A DNA stretch of 63,705 nucleotides, the filler included, from Welwitschia mirabilis (Eukaryota), in the NCBI GenBank assembly GCA_051453625.1. It is 8 parts of one record of this genome, joined end to end, with 100 filler letters (N's around TTAATTAATTAA, not from the genome) between each part and the next. Parts side by side here need not be neighbours in the genome. Positions count along the whole stretch, not along the records: positions 23,476 to 53,075 come from JBOZIK010000001.1; 7 more parts are not named here. One strand, given 5' to 3'. Below are positions 35,318-49,731 of the stretch, in pieces. Under the pieces are notes generated by a model, which searched no databases, was not told the DNA's origin, and saw only the letters and a list, made by a program, of their open reading frames with translations. Position 1 is the first letter of the stretch, and each line of letters begins with the position of its first letter. A program made the position numbers and the translations under genes.

Positions 35318-38300
35318 ATAAGTAACTCTATATATGGTCTTTCTATTGGAAGGCCACCAATGTTTGATGAAATCAACTATGAGTATTAGAAGGTCAAAAT
35401 GAGAATTTNNNNNNNNNNNNNNNNNNNNNNNNNNNNNNNNNNNNNNNNNNNNNNNNNNNNNNNNNNNNNNNNNNNNNNNNNNNNNNNNNNNNNNNNNNNN
35501 NNNNNNNNGAGAATTTTTCTTAGGTCACTTGATGTAGACATAGAAGAGGTTATCTAGAATGGATATGATACTTCTATAATAGTTAAAACAAATAGTAATG
35601 ATATATCATGATTATTGTAAACCTCTAGACCAGTGGATTGCCATTTATAAGGCTAAATACATGCTTGTTCTTTTAACGTTATTTTCTGTGCAATTTGTGT
35701 AGAATAACTTAAGAGAATCTTAAATTGTAAGCATGCTAAGAAAGCTTAGAAAATTCATAAAATAGCACATGAGGGGATGTCTATCATAAATCAAGTAAAA
35801 TTATAAATTTTTACCTTGAAGCTTGAAGATATTTGCATGGAGGAAGAAGAAACTCTATAGGAGTCCTTTGCTAGATTGACAAATATAGGGAGCCTAATGA
35901 CAAGCCTAGAAGAAAAGATGGAGGAAGCAAAAGTGGTAACAAATGTTCTAAGATCTTTTCCAAAGCATTTTTAGTTAAATATTACTACCATCAAGGAAAG
36001 TAAAAATATCAATTGAATAGCCCTGGATGAACTGCAAGGTAATCTTCAAACTTATGAATTGAAGTTTTCTAAAGATAAGAAGAAAAGTCTTTCATTAAAA
36101 AGTGTCCAATAAGTTTCCATATTTGAAAGATTAGATGATAACCTTAATGAGGATGAGGTTGCACTATTAATAAGAAAATTTAAAAAAAAAATCATAGGAA
36201 AAAAAAGAGATGATGAATCAAGCAAGGGGCCTAGGAGGGATTAATATAAGCCAAGAAGAAATCAAGAGAAAGAAAAAAAGATCTAGTGGTATGCTTGTAA
36301 AGGATATGGACATGTTATAAATGATTATCCTAATAATAGATGGAATCAGAGAAAATCCAAGAAATCATCATTTATTACCACTTAGAATAATGTGAATGAG
36401 GACGAAGACAATAGCTCTAGTCAAGAACCAGATGAAGATAGGATATTATCCTTTGGGATAATAGTATATTTCTTAAAAGATGGATCCTTTTGAATTAACT
36501 AGATGATTTAAACATTATAGAGGAAGGAGAAAAAGAGTTAGAAGATACCTACCAAGAGCTATACTCAGAATGTGAAAAGCTAGCAAATCAGATAAATGAA
36601 CTAAATAAAATAGTGAAGGGTTTTGAACAAGAAAAAGAAAGTGTTGGAGGCCAAATACAAGATGATTTAAACAAAGAACACAGAGTTAATTCAAGAGGTA
36701 AAAACTTTGTTTCATTTTAGAAATAAGTTTTCTAATAGTTTTGATAAATTAGAATAGTTTTTTAAAATAGGAAATCATTCCATCAAAGAGGTATTAGTTT
36801 CACCTCCCCAAAATCAGCCATTCATTTGGATAAGGTAACATGGTAAAATAATAATTTTATTTTAAAGATTACTTATCATTTTTGTGAAAAATTAGATCAT
36901 TCAAAGTTATTTTGCAAATTTAGAAAGGTAATATTTTTTTAAAATCATACTAGCACTTTCCCATTCAAATTTATTCATAAAACTTATGTACCATAATAGT
37001 CTAAAAGGACTAAGTGGATAAGGGATGATAATTTGAAAAGCTTGTTAATTTAAACATGTATAAGACATTAAGTAGAATTTTTTAATACTTGAATAGTAGT
37101 TGTTCTCAGCACATGACAGGTGGCAAATCAAGATTCTAACAATTGGACAATTTTGATGGAGGAGAAGTAACCTTTGATGATGATAGAAAGGTAAAAATTA
37201 AAGGCATTAGAAGCATTGGCGGAGGTAACATACCTAAAATTAATGAAGTTTTATATATAAATGGTCTTAAATAAAATTTTCTTAGTATTAATCAGATCTT
37301 TGATAAATGTCATAAAGTTATTTTTTATTATAAAAAAATGAAGTTAGGTATGGTAAAACAAATAAAGTTATTCTTAAAGAAAATATAATATAAAATGTTT
37401 ATAATATTGATCAACCTTCTTATGTTTGTCATTTTTCTCATATAAATCAAAAAGAGTTATGGCATCAATGGTTAGACCATTTAAACTACAAGTTATGGCA
37501 TCAACGATTAGGTAATGTAAACTATGATCATCTCAAAATCATCTTTAAAAGAAAAATCATAAGAGAAATTCCTAAGATTAATATTAATAAACATGGGTTA
37601 TGTGATGCATGCCAAAAATAAAAACAAGTAAGAACCTACCATAAGAGTAAAAACTTTATTTTCACAATAATGCCCCTTAAACTTATTTATATGGACTAGG
37701 TGGATTTTGCACAAACTAAAATCCTGAGAGGAAAATAATGCTTTCTAACAATGGTGGATAACTTTTCTAGATTCATTTGGATTGCTTTCCTAGGAAATAA
37801 GGTTGAAACTTTTAAAAGTTATTCTGAAATCTACAACACAATTCAAAATGAAAAGGGATACACTATTAAATGAATTAGAAACAATTATGAAGAGGAAATT
37901 AAAAACTATCTTTTTGAGAAATATTATGTGGAAAATGGTATAGAACATTAGTTTTCAACACCAAAAAGTTCTACAACAAAATGGAGTATCTAAAAGGAAA
38001 AATAGGGTCCTTAAAGAGATAGTAAGAACAATTCTAAATGATAAGGAGGTACCTAAAACCTATGGTCTGAAATAGTAAATACTACATGTTACATTATCAA
38101 TAGAGTTTATCTAAGACTTAGAATGGATAAAATATCCTATGAGATTTGAAAAGAAAGAAAACCAAGTGTATCCTATTTTAAAGTCTTTAGAAGTAAGTGC
38201 TTTATTTTGAAAGACAGAGAACATTTGAGCAAGCTTGAATATAAGGTAGATGAAGCAATTTTTCTTAGATACTTAACTAGAAGTAGAGCTTATAGGACTT

Positions 38301-40110
38301 TCAAAGAATAAAGTCTAATGATAGATGAATTCATAAATATGCAAATAGATGACATCAGTACCAAAAATTTTTCTTTCAATAGTGAATAAGATACCTCCCC
38401 AAGTATTATAACCATTAACACAGTAACAAATGTAAAAGAAGAGAAAATGATGCAAGAAGTAACTCCCAAGAAGGTGAAAGAACAACAACTTCGTCTTTTA
38501 AATTAATTATTAGGGATGTAAACTCAAGAATACACACAATAAATTCCATTAAAAAATTTTGTGCTCACATTTGTTATGTCTCTCAAGTTAAACCCAAGAA
38601 ATTTGTAGAGGCTAAAATACATGAAGAATGGATGATGGCAATGTAAGATGAATTACAACAATTTAAAAGGAATGATGCTTGAAAATTAGTGGAAAGAGCA
38701 AAGGATTTAAATATGATTGGAACAAAGTGGATTTTTAAGAAAAATTATGATAAACACAATAATGTGATGAAGAACAAGGCTACATTAGTATCTCAAGGCT
38801 ATAATTAGATTGAAAGGATTAATATAGAAAACACGTTTATTTCTATAGTAAGACTAGATAGCATTAGAATGTTTCTTTCCTTTACAACCTTTAAAATTTT
38901 TAAAGCATTTCAAATGGATGTACAAAGTGCTTTTTTAAATGGAACTCTCAATGAAGAAGTGTATATGGAACAACCAATAGGATTCATAGTNNNNNNNNNN
39001 NNNNNNNNNNNNNNNNNNNNNNNNNNNNNNNNNNNNNNNNNNNNNNNNNNNNNNNNNNNNNNNNNNNNNNNNNNNNNNNNNNNNNNNNNNNNNNNNNNNN
39101 NNNNNNNNNNNNNNNNNNNNNNNNNNNTCTTTGTCAAGAAAATTAGGTAAGATTTTATTATCATTCAGATCTCTATTAATGACATAATTTTTAAGGCCTC
39201 AAAAGAGGATCTCTTAAAATAATTTACTAATATTATGGTAACACATTTTGAGATGAGTATGCTTGGTGAAGTAAGCATGTTTCTTGGTTTACAAATTAAG
39301 CAAATAAAACAAGGTATTTTCATCTCCCAATTAAAATACATAAAAGAGTCAATTAAGTGATTGGGCTTAAAAAATATGAAATCAACAACCAACACTCCTA
39401 TGTTAACTTCTTATAAAGTTAGTCTTAATGATCATAGAAAATCAGTGGATCAAACCTCTATAGTAGCATGATAGGAATATTATTATATTTAAGAGCTAGT
39501 AGATCTAACATCATATTTAGTATTTTTATATGTGCTAGATATCAGATACCTAAGGAATCTCACCTCTAAGATATCAAAAGAATCATAAGATATATAAGGT
39601 ACTAGTGATTATGGGCTATAGTATCCCATAGGAACTTCTTTTAAACTTATAGGTTTTAATGGTGTAGATTGGGCTAGATGTAAGATTGGTTGAAAAAGCA
39701 CTAGTGGAATTTACTTCTTCCTATGATCATGTTTGGTAGGCTAGGCAAGTAAGAAACAAAATTATACCTCTCTTTCCACTACAGAAGTAGAATATATAGT
39801 AGCAGGAAAATGTTGTATTCATCTTCTATAAATGAAATAAATGTTCAAAGATGTTAAAATTTAATACAAGTACATACTAATTATTTTTAATAATTCGAGT
39901 GTCATTCACATCTTGAAAAATATTTTTGAGCATTCTCACATTAAACATATTAAACTTAGACATTGTTTTCTTAGAGATTAAGAAGAAAAAGGTAATATTT
40001 CCATGACTTTCATAAATATTGATTAATAGCTAGCTGATATTTTTATGAAACACCTAATATTTCGATAAATTTTTGAATCTTTATTATGAGCTAAGGGTTT
40101 TGTCATAATT
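35318..40110 (+). pseudogene. gag-pol: Copia gag-pol, degenerate
   Basis: RPPMFDEINYEY*KVKM; zinc-knuckle remnant YACKGYGH; YLNSSCSQHMTG; LWHQRLG; QQNGV; IGTKWIFK; FQMDVQSAFLNGTLNEEVYMEQPIGF; FEMSMLGE; SLSTTEVEYI; LADIFMK. Confidence 0.93.
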
Positions 40111-40512
40111 ATCCAACTGAAGGAAGGTTGTTGATTAGATTTTTAATTTATTCGAATACATTTAGAAAAGTTAAGTTGATTGAATTTTAACGTGATTACC
40201 CAAACTTTTTTTAGAAGACTTGAAGTAAGTCAGGTCAACTAGGAATTTTTTTTAATTGACTAGATCTAGAAATTTTTTCACTAGAGTCTCAATGGATCAA
40301 CTAAACCTCCATCTAGTTGACTAAATCTATAGGTTATGAGTGGGATAAAAGGCAGTGGATTCAATTTTTTCCTTAGATTCAGCTTATTTCACCCTACCTA
40401 TAAAATTGTTTTAGAATCCTACCTACCTCATTTTCACTATCTTCCTATTTCTCTTACTTTTTATTAGTTTTTTTCCCTCCATTTTATCTTTAGCAAGTGT
40501 CATGTGTCTTCA

Positions 40513-41560
40513 ATGGCTAAGGGATCTTAAAGAAGAGCAAGGCAAAAACAACTAGTAAGAAAGGATCTAACTTATTTCTACTTAAGAATGTCATAAGAGG
40601 ATGTGAATAAGTTTATAAATAAGTTTGAGAAGAAACATGTCTATAAAGAAAGGCTAGTAGCTTCAAGGAATCTTAAAGAGCTTAAGGATGTGGTAAGACT
40701 CCTAAATAATCTAGATCTATTTTATTTTCTTGAGGTTTTTAGACTACTTATTGCTTTCTTACTTGCATGTTTTACTACAATGCCTCTTATGATTATGATA
40801 CTGCTACCTTTTCAACTCTTGTTTTGGGAAAAAGAATAAGAGTTATCTAAAATTTGATAGCCTCATTTATAGATCTTCCAAGAGAAAAATATAAGGAGTT
40901 CTAGCCCTTGTGTGACACCATGGAGAATAAACCAGAGATTACCATGGAGCTCTGTGATAATCTCATTCAATGGAAAACCATACTTTCCACCATCCATCTC
41001 ACTCTTAGGTACTATTTTCTTCATTTAGTTTTTACTTGTAATTATTTACCTCCTATTAGTCATTGTGATGCGACCTCAAACTATTACACTTATTTCTTGT
41101 ATTTCTTATGAACTTATTACTCTATTGATGCTTTTGCCATTATTTTTAAGAATATGGTCCCTCAACTTGAATATCAAAATACTAGGGCTCTTCCCTATTC
41201 TTTTCTTATTGCAAATATCTATCATCATTTTAGAGTTTAGTTATACCCCAAGATTGAAACTTTAACTCCCATGTATTTCATTAGGTATGCCACTCTACCT
41301 TGCATGCATATTTTCTTAACAAATAAGAAACCCTTAAAATCTTCTTATCCTAAGGAGATCTCTCATAAAAAGACTCTATCATGCCTAAAATGGATTGATT
41401 CGCTTACTCATCCCATGAAGGAGGCTCTCATTATGATTAGCTATAAAATTGTAAATAATTCTAAGAAATCTGCCATCTCTCAGCACTAGGTTGTAGAAGA
41501 AGAAGAAGAAGAAGAAAATCTAGATTTTAAAGAAGAATTTAAGGAAGAGGAGAAGTTTGA
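40513..41560 (+). pseudogene. SIRE env-like extra ORF, degenerate
   Basis: Lies between pol and the PPT. Fragments KFEKKHVYKER.., FYYN, LHLVFTCNYLPP and an acidic C-terminus (EEEEEE). Confidence 0.7.
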
Positions 41561-43196
41561 TTAGTCTTTCAAGTGTTGTTGTTTTCTCTCCTTTATCATT
41601 TATGTTAAAAGGGGAAGGAAATGGTCTCTTTTGGAAACATAATCTCTGGAATCTCTTGTTTTTCTTTTCAGTATGGTTATTGTATAAAAATCAAAACTTA
41701 TTTGTAATTAGTCTATTTTACTTATTTTTATTAGAATAATGAATATTATATTTCTTGAAAAATATGCATCTAAACATTTTCCATTTTAATTTTTACAAAA
41801 AATTATGAATTGTTTAAATACTCTAAGTTTCTTATGAGCATATTGTGAGGGAGAGTTTTCTACATGAGCTTTAGAAGTTTTTTATATAAGCAAATATAGT
41901 CTGCATCAATGTCAAAGGGGGGAGATTATTAAGTTATATTGTCAAATTGATGTCATACTAACATATCTGATATAGCGTAGGATGTTGCAAATATATTTTA
42001 GAAAGTTAAAGTCCTTATAGGTTAGAANNNNNNNNNNNNNNNNNNNNNNNNNNNNNNNNNNNNNNNNNNNNNNNNNNNNNNNNNNNNNNNNNNNNNNNNN
42101 NNNNNNNNNNNNNNNNNNNNNNNNNNNATAGCTTATGATGTTGCAAATATATTTTAGAAAGTTAAAGTCCTTATAGGTTAGAAGTAATCCAACATTTTAC
42201 CCTAGTTTTATGTAAACCTAAAAAGTGACAGAGCTCTTAGAAGATCAATCAGATATCAGAGAAACCAAATAGATCTATACCAAAAATTAGCTGATCAATT
42301 TATCAAGAGGTCAAATAGACCTATGCTAAATATTTTTTCATATGAAATTGATAAGGAGTCGATTAGATTTGTACCAAATGTAATTGACTAAATTCTAGAT
42401 GAGATTGACTAGACTATATGATGTAAGAAAATCAAGTTGACTAGAATAAAATGGAATCAATGGACTTTAATGATAGTAATCACTAGGGTCAATCGAATGT
42501 TTCAAATGGTTAACTATTCATAAGGGAGGTAAAACCTTTCAGTTTATTTTCTAGTCATTATTTCTTCCATTTTAAACCATTGAAGTAGCAGATTCATTTG
42601 TTAACACTAAAAACCTAACTTCTATATAAGCTAAATGAATCATAAACTTTGTATTAAATGTTTAATAAAAAATAAAAAGGACATTTTTGTACTGTATATA
42701 CTCATTATTTAAGAGGCTACACTGTATGAGCTTGCACTTGTGATCATCTCTCCAAATAGTGTATTCTTTCTTTATTACACTTCAAATCTAGTGGTGCTGG
42801 TGCATTCAGATAATTCTCACTGAAATCTTTACTCTATAAATGTTGAGACTAGCCTTAAAAAATCTATTTGTAAAGGTTATAGATTGACCTAAAAACCTAG
42901 AAATAAATTAACAAGGATGTGGATCAGCTTAGGGTTAAAGCTAATAATCGAGAGTAGAGTAGGGAATTTTACCAAACCACTGTAAATCATTGTATCTGAT
43001 GCTCTTTCTTTGTATTTTTCATTTTAATTATTTTTTTACTACTTCATTCATATAGTTTCATCTCTTTTGATATTAGTTAATTATTATTTCAAATTCATTA
43101 ATATTTTGATCTAAATTTTAAGGGATAAATTTTAAAACTATTTCCCTCTTTGCCACTCCTACCCTACCTTTTAAGATTTGTAGATCCTTTAAAAGT

Positions 43197-45190
43197 TGTC
43201 CTTTGAGTTAATGTAAGATGTTAGTAATTATGCCATTAGGGTTATACTATGATAGAAAATAGATAACAAACCAATAGTAATATCATATTCAAGTAAAACT
43301 TTAAGTAACACTTAACTTAATAACATGATCACTGAGAAGGAACTTCTAGCTAGAGTCTTTATGCTAGAAAAGTTTAGGTAGTATTTGCTAGGATCTAAAG
43401 TCATCATTTATACATATCACTTACCCTTAGATACCTCTTTACTAAAAATGACTCAAAGCCTAAACTAATTTAATGGATTCTATTACTTTAAGAATTTGAC
43501 CTACAGATTAAGGATAAAAAGGGTTTTGATAACATCATAGCTAATTACTTATATCATATAATACAAATAAACTCTGACAAACCCTTCCCATCAGTGATAC
43601 TTTTCTATAAGAATACCTTTTCTCTACCTCATAGGTAACTTGGTTTGCCGATATTACAAATTACTTAGTTTCTAAGATGACTCCTTTACACTAGACTTTC
43701 AATGATAGTAAGAAATTCCTCATTCAACTAAAATTCATTTTTTTAGGGTATCACACATTTATTTAAGTATTTCTCTAATCAAGTTATTTATAGATGTGTC
43801 CTCCAAAATAAAATTCATGACATACTCAAACTTTACCATTCTGAAGCTCATGATGGCCACTATTCTACAAATATAACTACCACCAAGATTTTGTAATTAG
43901 GTTTTTATTGATGTTTAATTTTTAAAGATGCATATCTTTATTTCAAAATGTATGAAAAATGTTAAAAATTAGGAAGCCTCACAAGAAGGTACATGATGCC
44001 TTTAAAACCTATCCTCCTAATAGAACCTTTTGTTGTTTGTAAAATTGATTTTCAAGGCCTTATTCTCATTTAAAAGGATATTGATACATACTTATTTGAA
44101 GAGACTATTTGATTAAATGAGTAGAAGCTTGTACATGCAAAAATAATGATGTCGAAATAGTAGTTAAATTCTTTAAAGAAAACATCTTAATGAGATTTAC
44201 CTATCCCAAGGTCCTAATTGGTAACGAAGGCACTCATTTATGTAATAAAATATTCAAAAAACTCTTGGCCAAATATGGGATTACTCATAAAGTCACAACA
44301 CCTTATCATCTCCAAACTACTAAGTAAGTTGAGATCACTAGCCAAGAAATCAAAAACATCCTATAAACGGTAGTGAGTTTTAACTAGGNNNNNNNNNNNN
44401 NNNNNNNNNNNNNNNNNNNNNNNNNNNNNNNNNNNNNNNNNNNNNNNNNNNNNNNNNNNNNNNNNNNNNNNNNNNNNNNNNNNNNNNNTGTCCCAAGGTC
44501 CTAATTAGTAACGAAGGCACTCACTTGTGTAATAAAATATTCAACAAACTCTTGGCCAAATATGGGATTACTCGTAAAGTAACAACACCTTATCATCCCC
44601 AAACTACTACGTAAGTTGAGATCACTAGCCAAGAAATCAAAAACATCCTATAAATGGTAGTGAGTTTTAACTAGGAAATATTGATCTTACAAGTTAGACA
44701 ATGTTTTATGGACCTATAGAACAACTTATAATAAATCCTTAGGAATATTTCCCTTTAGGCTAGTCTATGGAAAAGCATGTCATCGCTCTATTAAGTGGAA
44801 ATAAAAAGCTTATTGGGCAATCAAAAATATAAATTTGGATTTTGAAATGGCAGGAAAATAATAATCTATCCAACTAAATGAGTCAATTAAGATGAGGAAT
44901 GATTCTTATGAGAATAGGAATAGGATGCAGAAATGACATGAGTAAAACATCCTAAGAAAAATATTTAAGAAGGAAGAATTAGTTTTGGTTTATAATTCAA
45001 GGCCAAATTTATTTCTAGGAAAACTAGTTTCTAAATGGAAAGATTCCTATGTGATAAAACAAGTATTATCAAATGGTGTGTTCCTTATTGAAAACATAAA
45101 AAATCACTAAGCTCTTAAAGTTAATGTCCATTGCCTTAAGCGCTTTCATCCATCTCTCCCATCCATATATTAGTTTATGAAACTTATTGA
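43197..45190 (+). pseudogene. pol: Athila RNase H + integrase, degenerate
   Basis: TEKELLARVFMLEKFR.YLLGSKVII; EFDLQIKDKKG; WFADITNYL; HSEAHDGHY; EGTHLCN; TTPYHPQT; PFRLVYGKACH; KLVSKW; KVNVHCLK. Confidence 0.92.
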
Positions 45191-46603
45191 TTGAAGTTAA
45201 TGGCCCTTAATAATTAACTTAAAATAATAACTGATCATTTTATCATTACAAGTTTAGATTGAAATTTACTTGTATTAGTTAAGAGAAAGTATACTTGGTA
45301 TAAGTTATTTTATTAAGATTAGTTGCATTTCAAGTCTTTGATTTGAAAAGGTTTTTTTAAAAAAAAAAGATCAACAGTGAAATATACCTCTAGAAAGTAC
45401 TCTATTTTTAAACATTTATGGGAATAAGATTAATTATTAATAGGATAATGAGCGAATGGCCCCTATGTTCATTTAAAAAAAAAGCAAAAAGAAAAAAATG
45501 AGAGAAAAGTTAAAAAGAAAATATATATCTTCTCCAAAGGTACACTTTATTTGGTCAATATCTTTAGGTTTAGTTAACTATGTCAGGGATATGAATGCTC
45601 ATTAGTAATGTGGTTCCAATGATCTATTTATGACATGATCAACTGTATTGGGGTTATGAATGCTTTCTGGCAATGCTATTGATTTCTTCATGAATAACAT
45701 GTTTAACTCTATTAAAAGAAAAGATGCCTTAATAGTAGATGCTTAATAAGATCAACATTCTTAAAATAGAGTTAATCTTAAGGGTAGAGAGAAAAATGGA
45801 AAGATAAAAAGGTAAGAATCAGATATTTCATTGTGTTTATTTTTCTTAATCCTTGTACTTATATTTTTCTTACTTATTTTTAAACTTTGATCAATTCATG
45901 TAGTGGATACCTTGCTTGAATGATAACTTAATCCATTTTATAAAAAATAAAATTTACAAAAAAAGTTTAATAAAATGGCCATTAGCTTAGGAAAGTTGTT
46001 TCAATTTTTTTTAAGGTTGAGTTGCATTTTCATCCTTACCCGTCACCTTTGTATTTCAATATTCATTTCATGCATAACCATACTCCATTTTCCCACTTTA
46101 CCTTTGTCCCATTTTCATGAGGAATAAAACACTATGAGACATACATGTTTCTATCATAGACTGACCTATTCCTTCACATTTTCATAAAAAAAAAAGAAAT
46201 ACTAAATTATGGTCAATTAAAAAGTGTGAGTTTTTATTCGATAGTTATTCTTTGCATTATGGTAGAGGTTTCATTGTCTTGTATCTTTTTCTTTTGAATA
46301 AAAGAATCATATTAAATAATTTCTTGAAATTTTAAACTTATTTCACAAAAGTCGATTATAAGTTTTCTCATTTTAAAACCTTTGAGGATAAAGTCTAATT
46401 TTGATTAGAATGTGTGGCATTCACTTTTTTTCAAAAACCATAACTTTGATGCCTTAATTTTCTTAAAAATTAGTCAAATATTTTTTTTTAAAATTTATGT
46501 CATCTTTTAAAAATTTGAATAATTTTTCTTATAAGTTTACAATGTTAATCATCCTTTATTATGTTTTTTTACTAAGAATTTAGCAAAAGTTCGTTAGGGG
46601 ATG

Positions 46604-48071
46604 TGATAACATGTAAAACTTAACATTTAGATTAAATATTTTAGACCATTTTATCTAAGGAAGAATATTTAATTAATTATTTTTATCATGAAATTATGTT
46701 TTTCCTTTATTCTATTATAAATTATAAAGTTATGCACTTTTGTATGATAAATCTAGGTACTTAATAGTATAATGGAGTTTCATGTCAAATTAGCTCTAAA
46801 CTACCATGCTGGACTTATTATGGAATGACATGTGGTAAGAAGTTGTGGGCTCTATCAGTTACTACATCCTAGTTAGCTGATATTCTCAAATACACATAGC
46901 CTCGGCATGATGAATACATGGCAATGATGTAACAAACATAGCAGTGACTTGGCAAAAAATTGGTAATCATAACTGACAATGGCACATGGCAATGGTATCA
47001 ATACAAATGATGTTGGCATCAGTTGAAAGTTTTTGGGTGAAGGGCCACATGTTAAAGGAATTATGACAATTTTCTATTAAATGCTAAAAAATAAAACTTC
47101 CACCTAATACTACAAGATGAAGCTCCCATCAAATGACAAAGCACTATAAGATAAATATTTCACATAATGCTACAAAACAAGAAACCTTAACCTTCACCTA
47201 AGGATATAGGATAAAACTTGATCTACCTAATGTTAAATAACAAAGATTCTATCTAAATCTATAAGATAGAGTTTAACCCCCTCACCTACCACTACAAACC
47301 AAGAAATCCAACTACCCCTCCTCCTTTGATTTACCTATAAAAGGGCCTTGAAGCCTTTAATTATAACATCAGTTCATCTTTAGTGAAAATTTCTATTGTA
47401 CCTTCGCATAGTCTTCATGATGATGTATTGCTAAGTTTTATTTAGAGTAGGCTAGCCTCAAGACTAGTATGAGGAATCTGTATTTCATGATGCCTCTTTC
47501 TTGTAATTTAAGATAATTGCTTTTCTTTTATATTAATAAACTTAATTTCCTTTTCTTAATTTTAATTATGCATCATTTCATACTTATAATGCTTGATTAG
47601 AAGCTATGAAAATGTCAAGTTATGTTTATTGAGTGGATTCTTATGTTTGGTTAGCTAGTAGTAGTTGTAAGTATTTGATGTTCAGGCTTAACTTCCTATT
47701 TATCATATTATATTTCAACTAAGTAATATGAGTGATTCCACTAACACTTAGATGATGGATGAGATTATGCCATCACGATCTGGATTATGACTTGGCTAAG
47801 GAAAGATTTAATGCAAGTAATTATCATATATTCTAGAATTGAAGCTTTGTGTATAGATAACTTGGGCTAGATTAGAGTGTCAGTTTGTTCCTTCTTTTGT
47901 CAATTGAAGTTTTCCTTAATCACATCTTGAATTTGTTTTCTTATTATTTTCATTTTACTTTAAACTTGTTTATGTGCTAATTTTTATAAGCTAGCCACAT
48001 TCGTCCCTATAAAGAGAATGATATCAAGTATTACCTAGTTAAAACAAATAGAGGTAATAGAAACTTTATCA
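46604..48071 (+). repeat. Family C 3' LTR (~1.47 kb)
   Basis: TGATAA...TTATCA 6-bp inverted termini directly after the PPT; TATAAAA near 47336. Confidence 0.82.
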
Positions 48072-49731
48072 AATCCCAAAACATTATTTTTAAAATTATT
48101 ATCTATTATGGTAATTTTTTTGTCTATAATATAACATTAAGCATTGTAATAACTGTTCAAAGGGTGAAACCTTTATGAAATAACTATTTCTTAAAAAGTC
48201 ACATCATTTAATTATGATTAAATAAGAGGTTTTGAAGTCGAAGGACATGCATGTGATTTGCACTAGAATACTAGGTCCTTAATAAATTAGCTTGGCCTTG
48301 CAGAGGTCCCTAGATCACTTACTTAAGATCTTGCATTTAGAATAATGGAATTTCAAGTTTGTTATTAGATAATAAATATGAGTACTATTTTTGTTTTGGA
48401 CATCTTATATTTTTTCTTATTTAATAAAGATTTTTCCTTTTTTCTCTAGTCTTTTCTAATGTCCTTAAATGATGTTCTTGATTACTATTAAAATATTTTT
48501 CTTTCTTATTTTAATTTTTAAGATAAATTGAAAAAGTCATAGTATCGCTTTAACATATCATTATAAAGAATCATATAAGGCTCCATCCAATCATAAATTA
48601 TGTTCATTAAAGTTCTCTTGCTTCTTTTAGTTATATTTTAAGGAAAATTCATTAAGAGCCCTTTTGGCATGTTTGAAAATTGTTATCCTTTTAATTATTT
48701 TGCCTTATGGAATTTTTATTATTAAATTTTTTTTACTTCATTTATTTCTATAATTTTTTATAAACCTCTAATCTTTTCTTCATTGTTAAGTAATACTTTT
48801 AACATAGATGCCACAACAAAAATAAAACCAAATAATGAACTTTTTATTTAAGACTTTGTTATTGATAAATATAAATTTCATTGTTTACATCCAAAACTAA
48901 TGAAACATAGAAACCACAAGTGTTCAAATTGGAATACTTAATCCTCTCACTCGTTCCTTTGCTCTTTTGGAGGTTATTACTTGTCCATAAGGCTTATACA
49001 TAAAGTTATAATCCTTTACTGTTCTTTTATCATAATGTATGATTATTTTCTCATTGTAATTAAACCATCTCTTTTCCTCTACAAGAAGCCTTAAATCCTA
49101 GCAAAAATTCATGTAAAACTTTTGCTTCTCTATGTACTTAACTATAAAATCACTTATAGAATTTTCACATGTGTTTGTGGAGCATATTATAATATCAAAC
49201 TTAATCAAACCCTTAAATACATATGATATAAATTTTTTTCTTAAATGATTAAAAAAATCACTTAATTATAAGAACTACATGCAACTCATATAGAAGCATA
49301 AGGATCTATAAAGAGAAATTTTGTAAACTCAATAAATAAGAAATCAATCAATTGATACTATGTACTCATGCTTACTATGTTATTTGTTAAAATTCCTCTC
49401 TAATTACCATTTTAGTAATTTATCTTAATAATTATGAATGCATGTAGATACGTTTAATAGTTATTCTCTATTAGCTTACATCAACAAGAGGGTATGAAAA
49501 CTATAATAATTAAAAAAAATTAATATTACAAGTTTTAAATATTATTTTTTTCTTAACTTTAATAGTATGAGAATACAATTATTATAAGAAAAACACCCAT
49601 AACCTCATACTTAAAGGAGAAATTATGTTAGCATAGTAATTACATTATCATTATTAAATAACGACATTGTATGTGAAAAATAACATAAATTACATCACAT
49701 TCCATTGAGGGCTCACCTTAGAAATAAGAAA

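Larger units (their letters stand above)
34082..43191 (+). mobile_element. Full-length degenerate Ty1/copia element, SIRE (Sirevirus)-type
   Basis: LTRs 34082-35251 and 41927-43191; TSD GAAGT/AAAGT; PBS TAGTATCAGAGT (iMet type) at 35254; gag-PR-INT-RT-RH order; extra ORF; PPT AAAGGGGGGAGAT at 41914 with upstream purine tracts near 41607 and 41847. Confidence 0.92.
33610..48071 (+). mobile_element. Family C Athila element, 3' half (RT-RH-INT, 3' UTR, 3' LTR), interrupted by a copia insertion
   Basis: The pol reading frame continues across the copia (PNWK|LSFELM.D.SNYAI). PPT TTAGGGGATG precedes the LTR TGATAA...TTATCA. Confidence 0.88.

Noticed and set aside
48072..49731. Possible host gene or promoter in the AT-rich interval
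   Set aside because: No ORF, splice pattern or recognisable motif that I can support.
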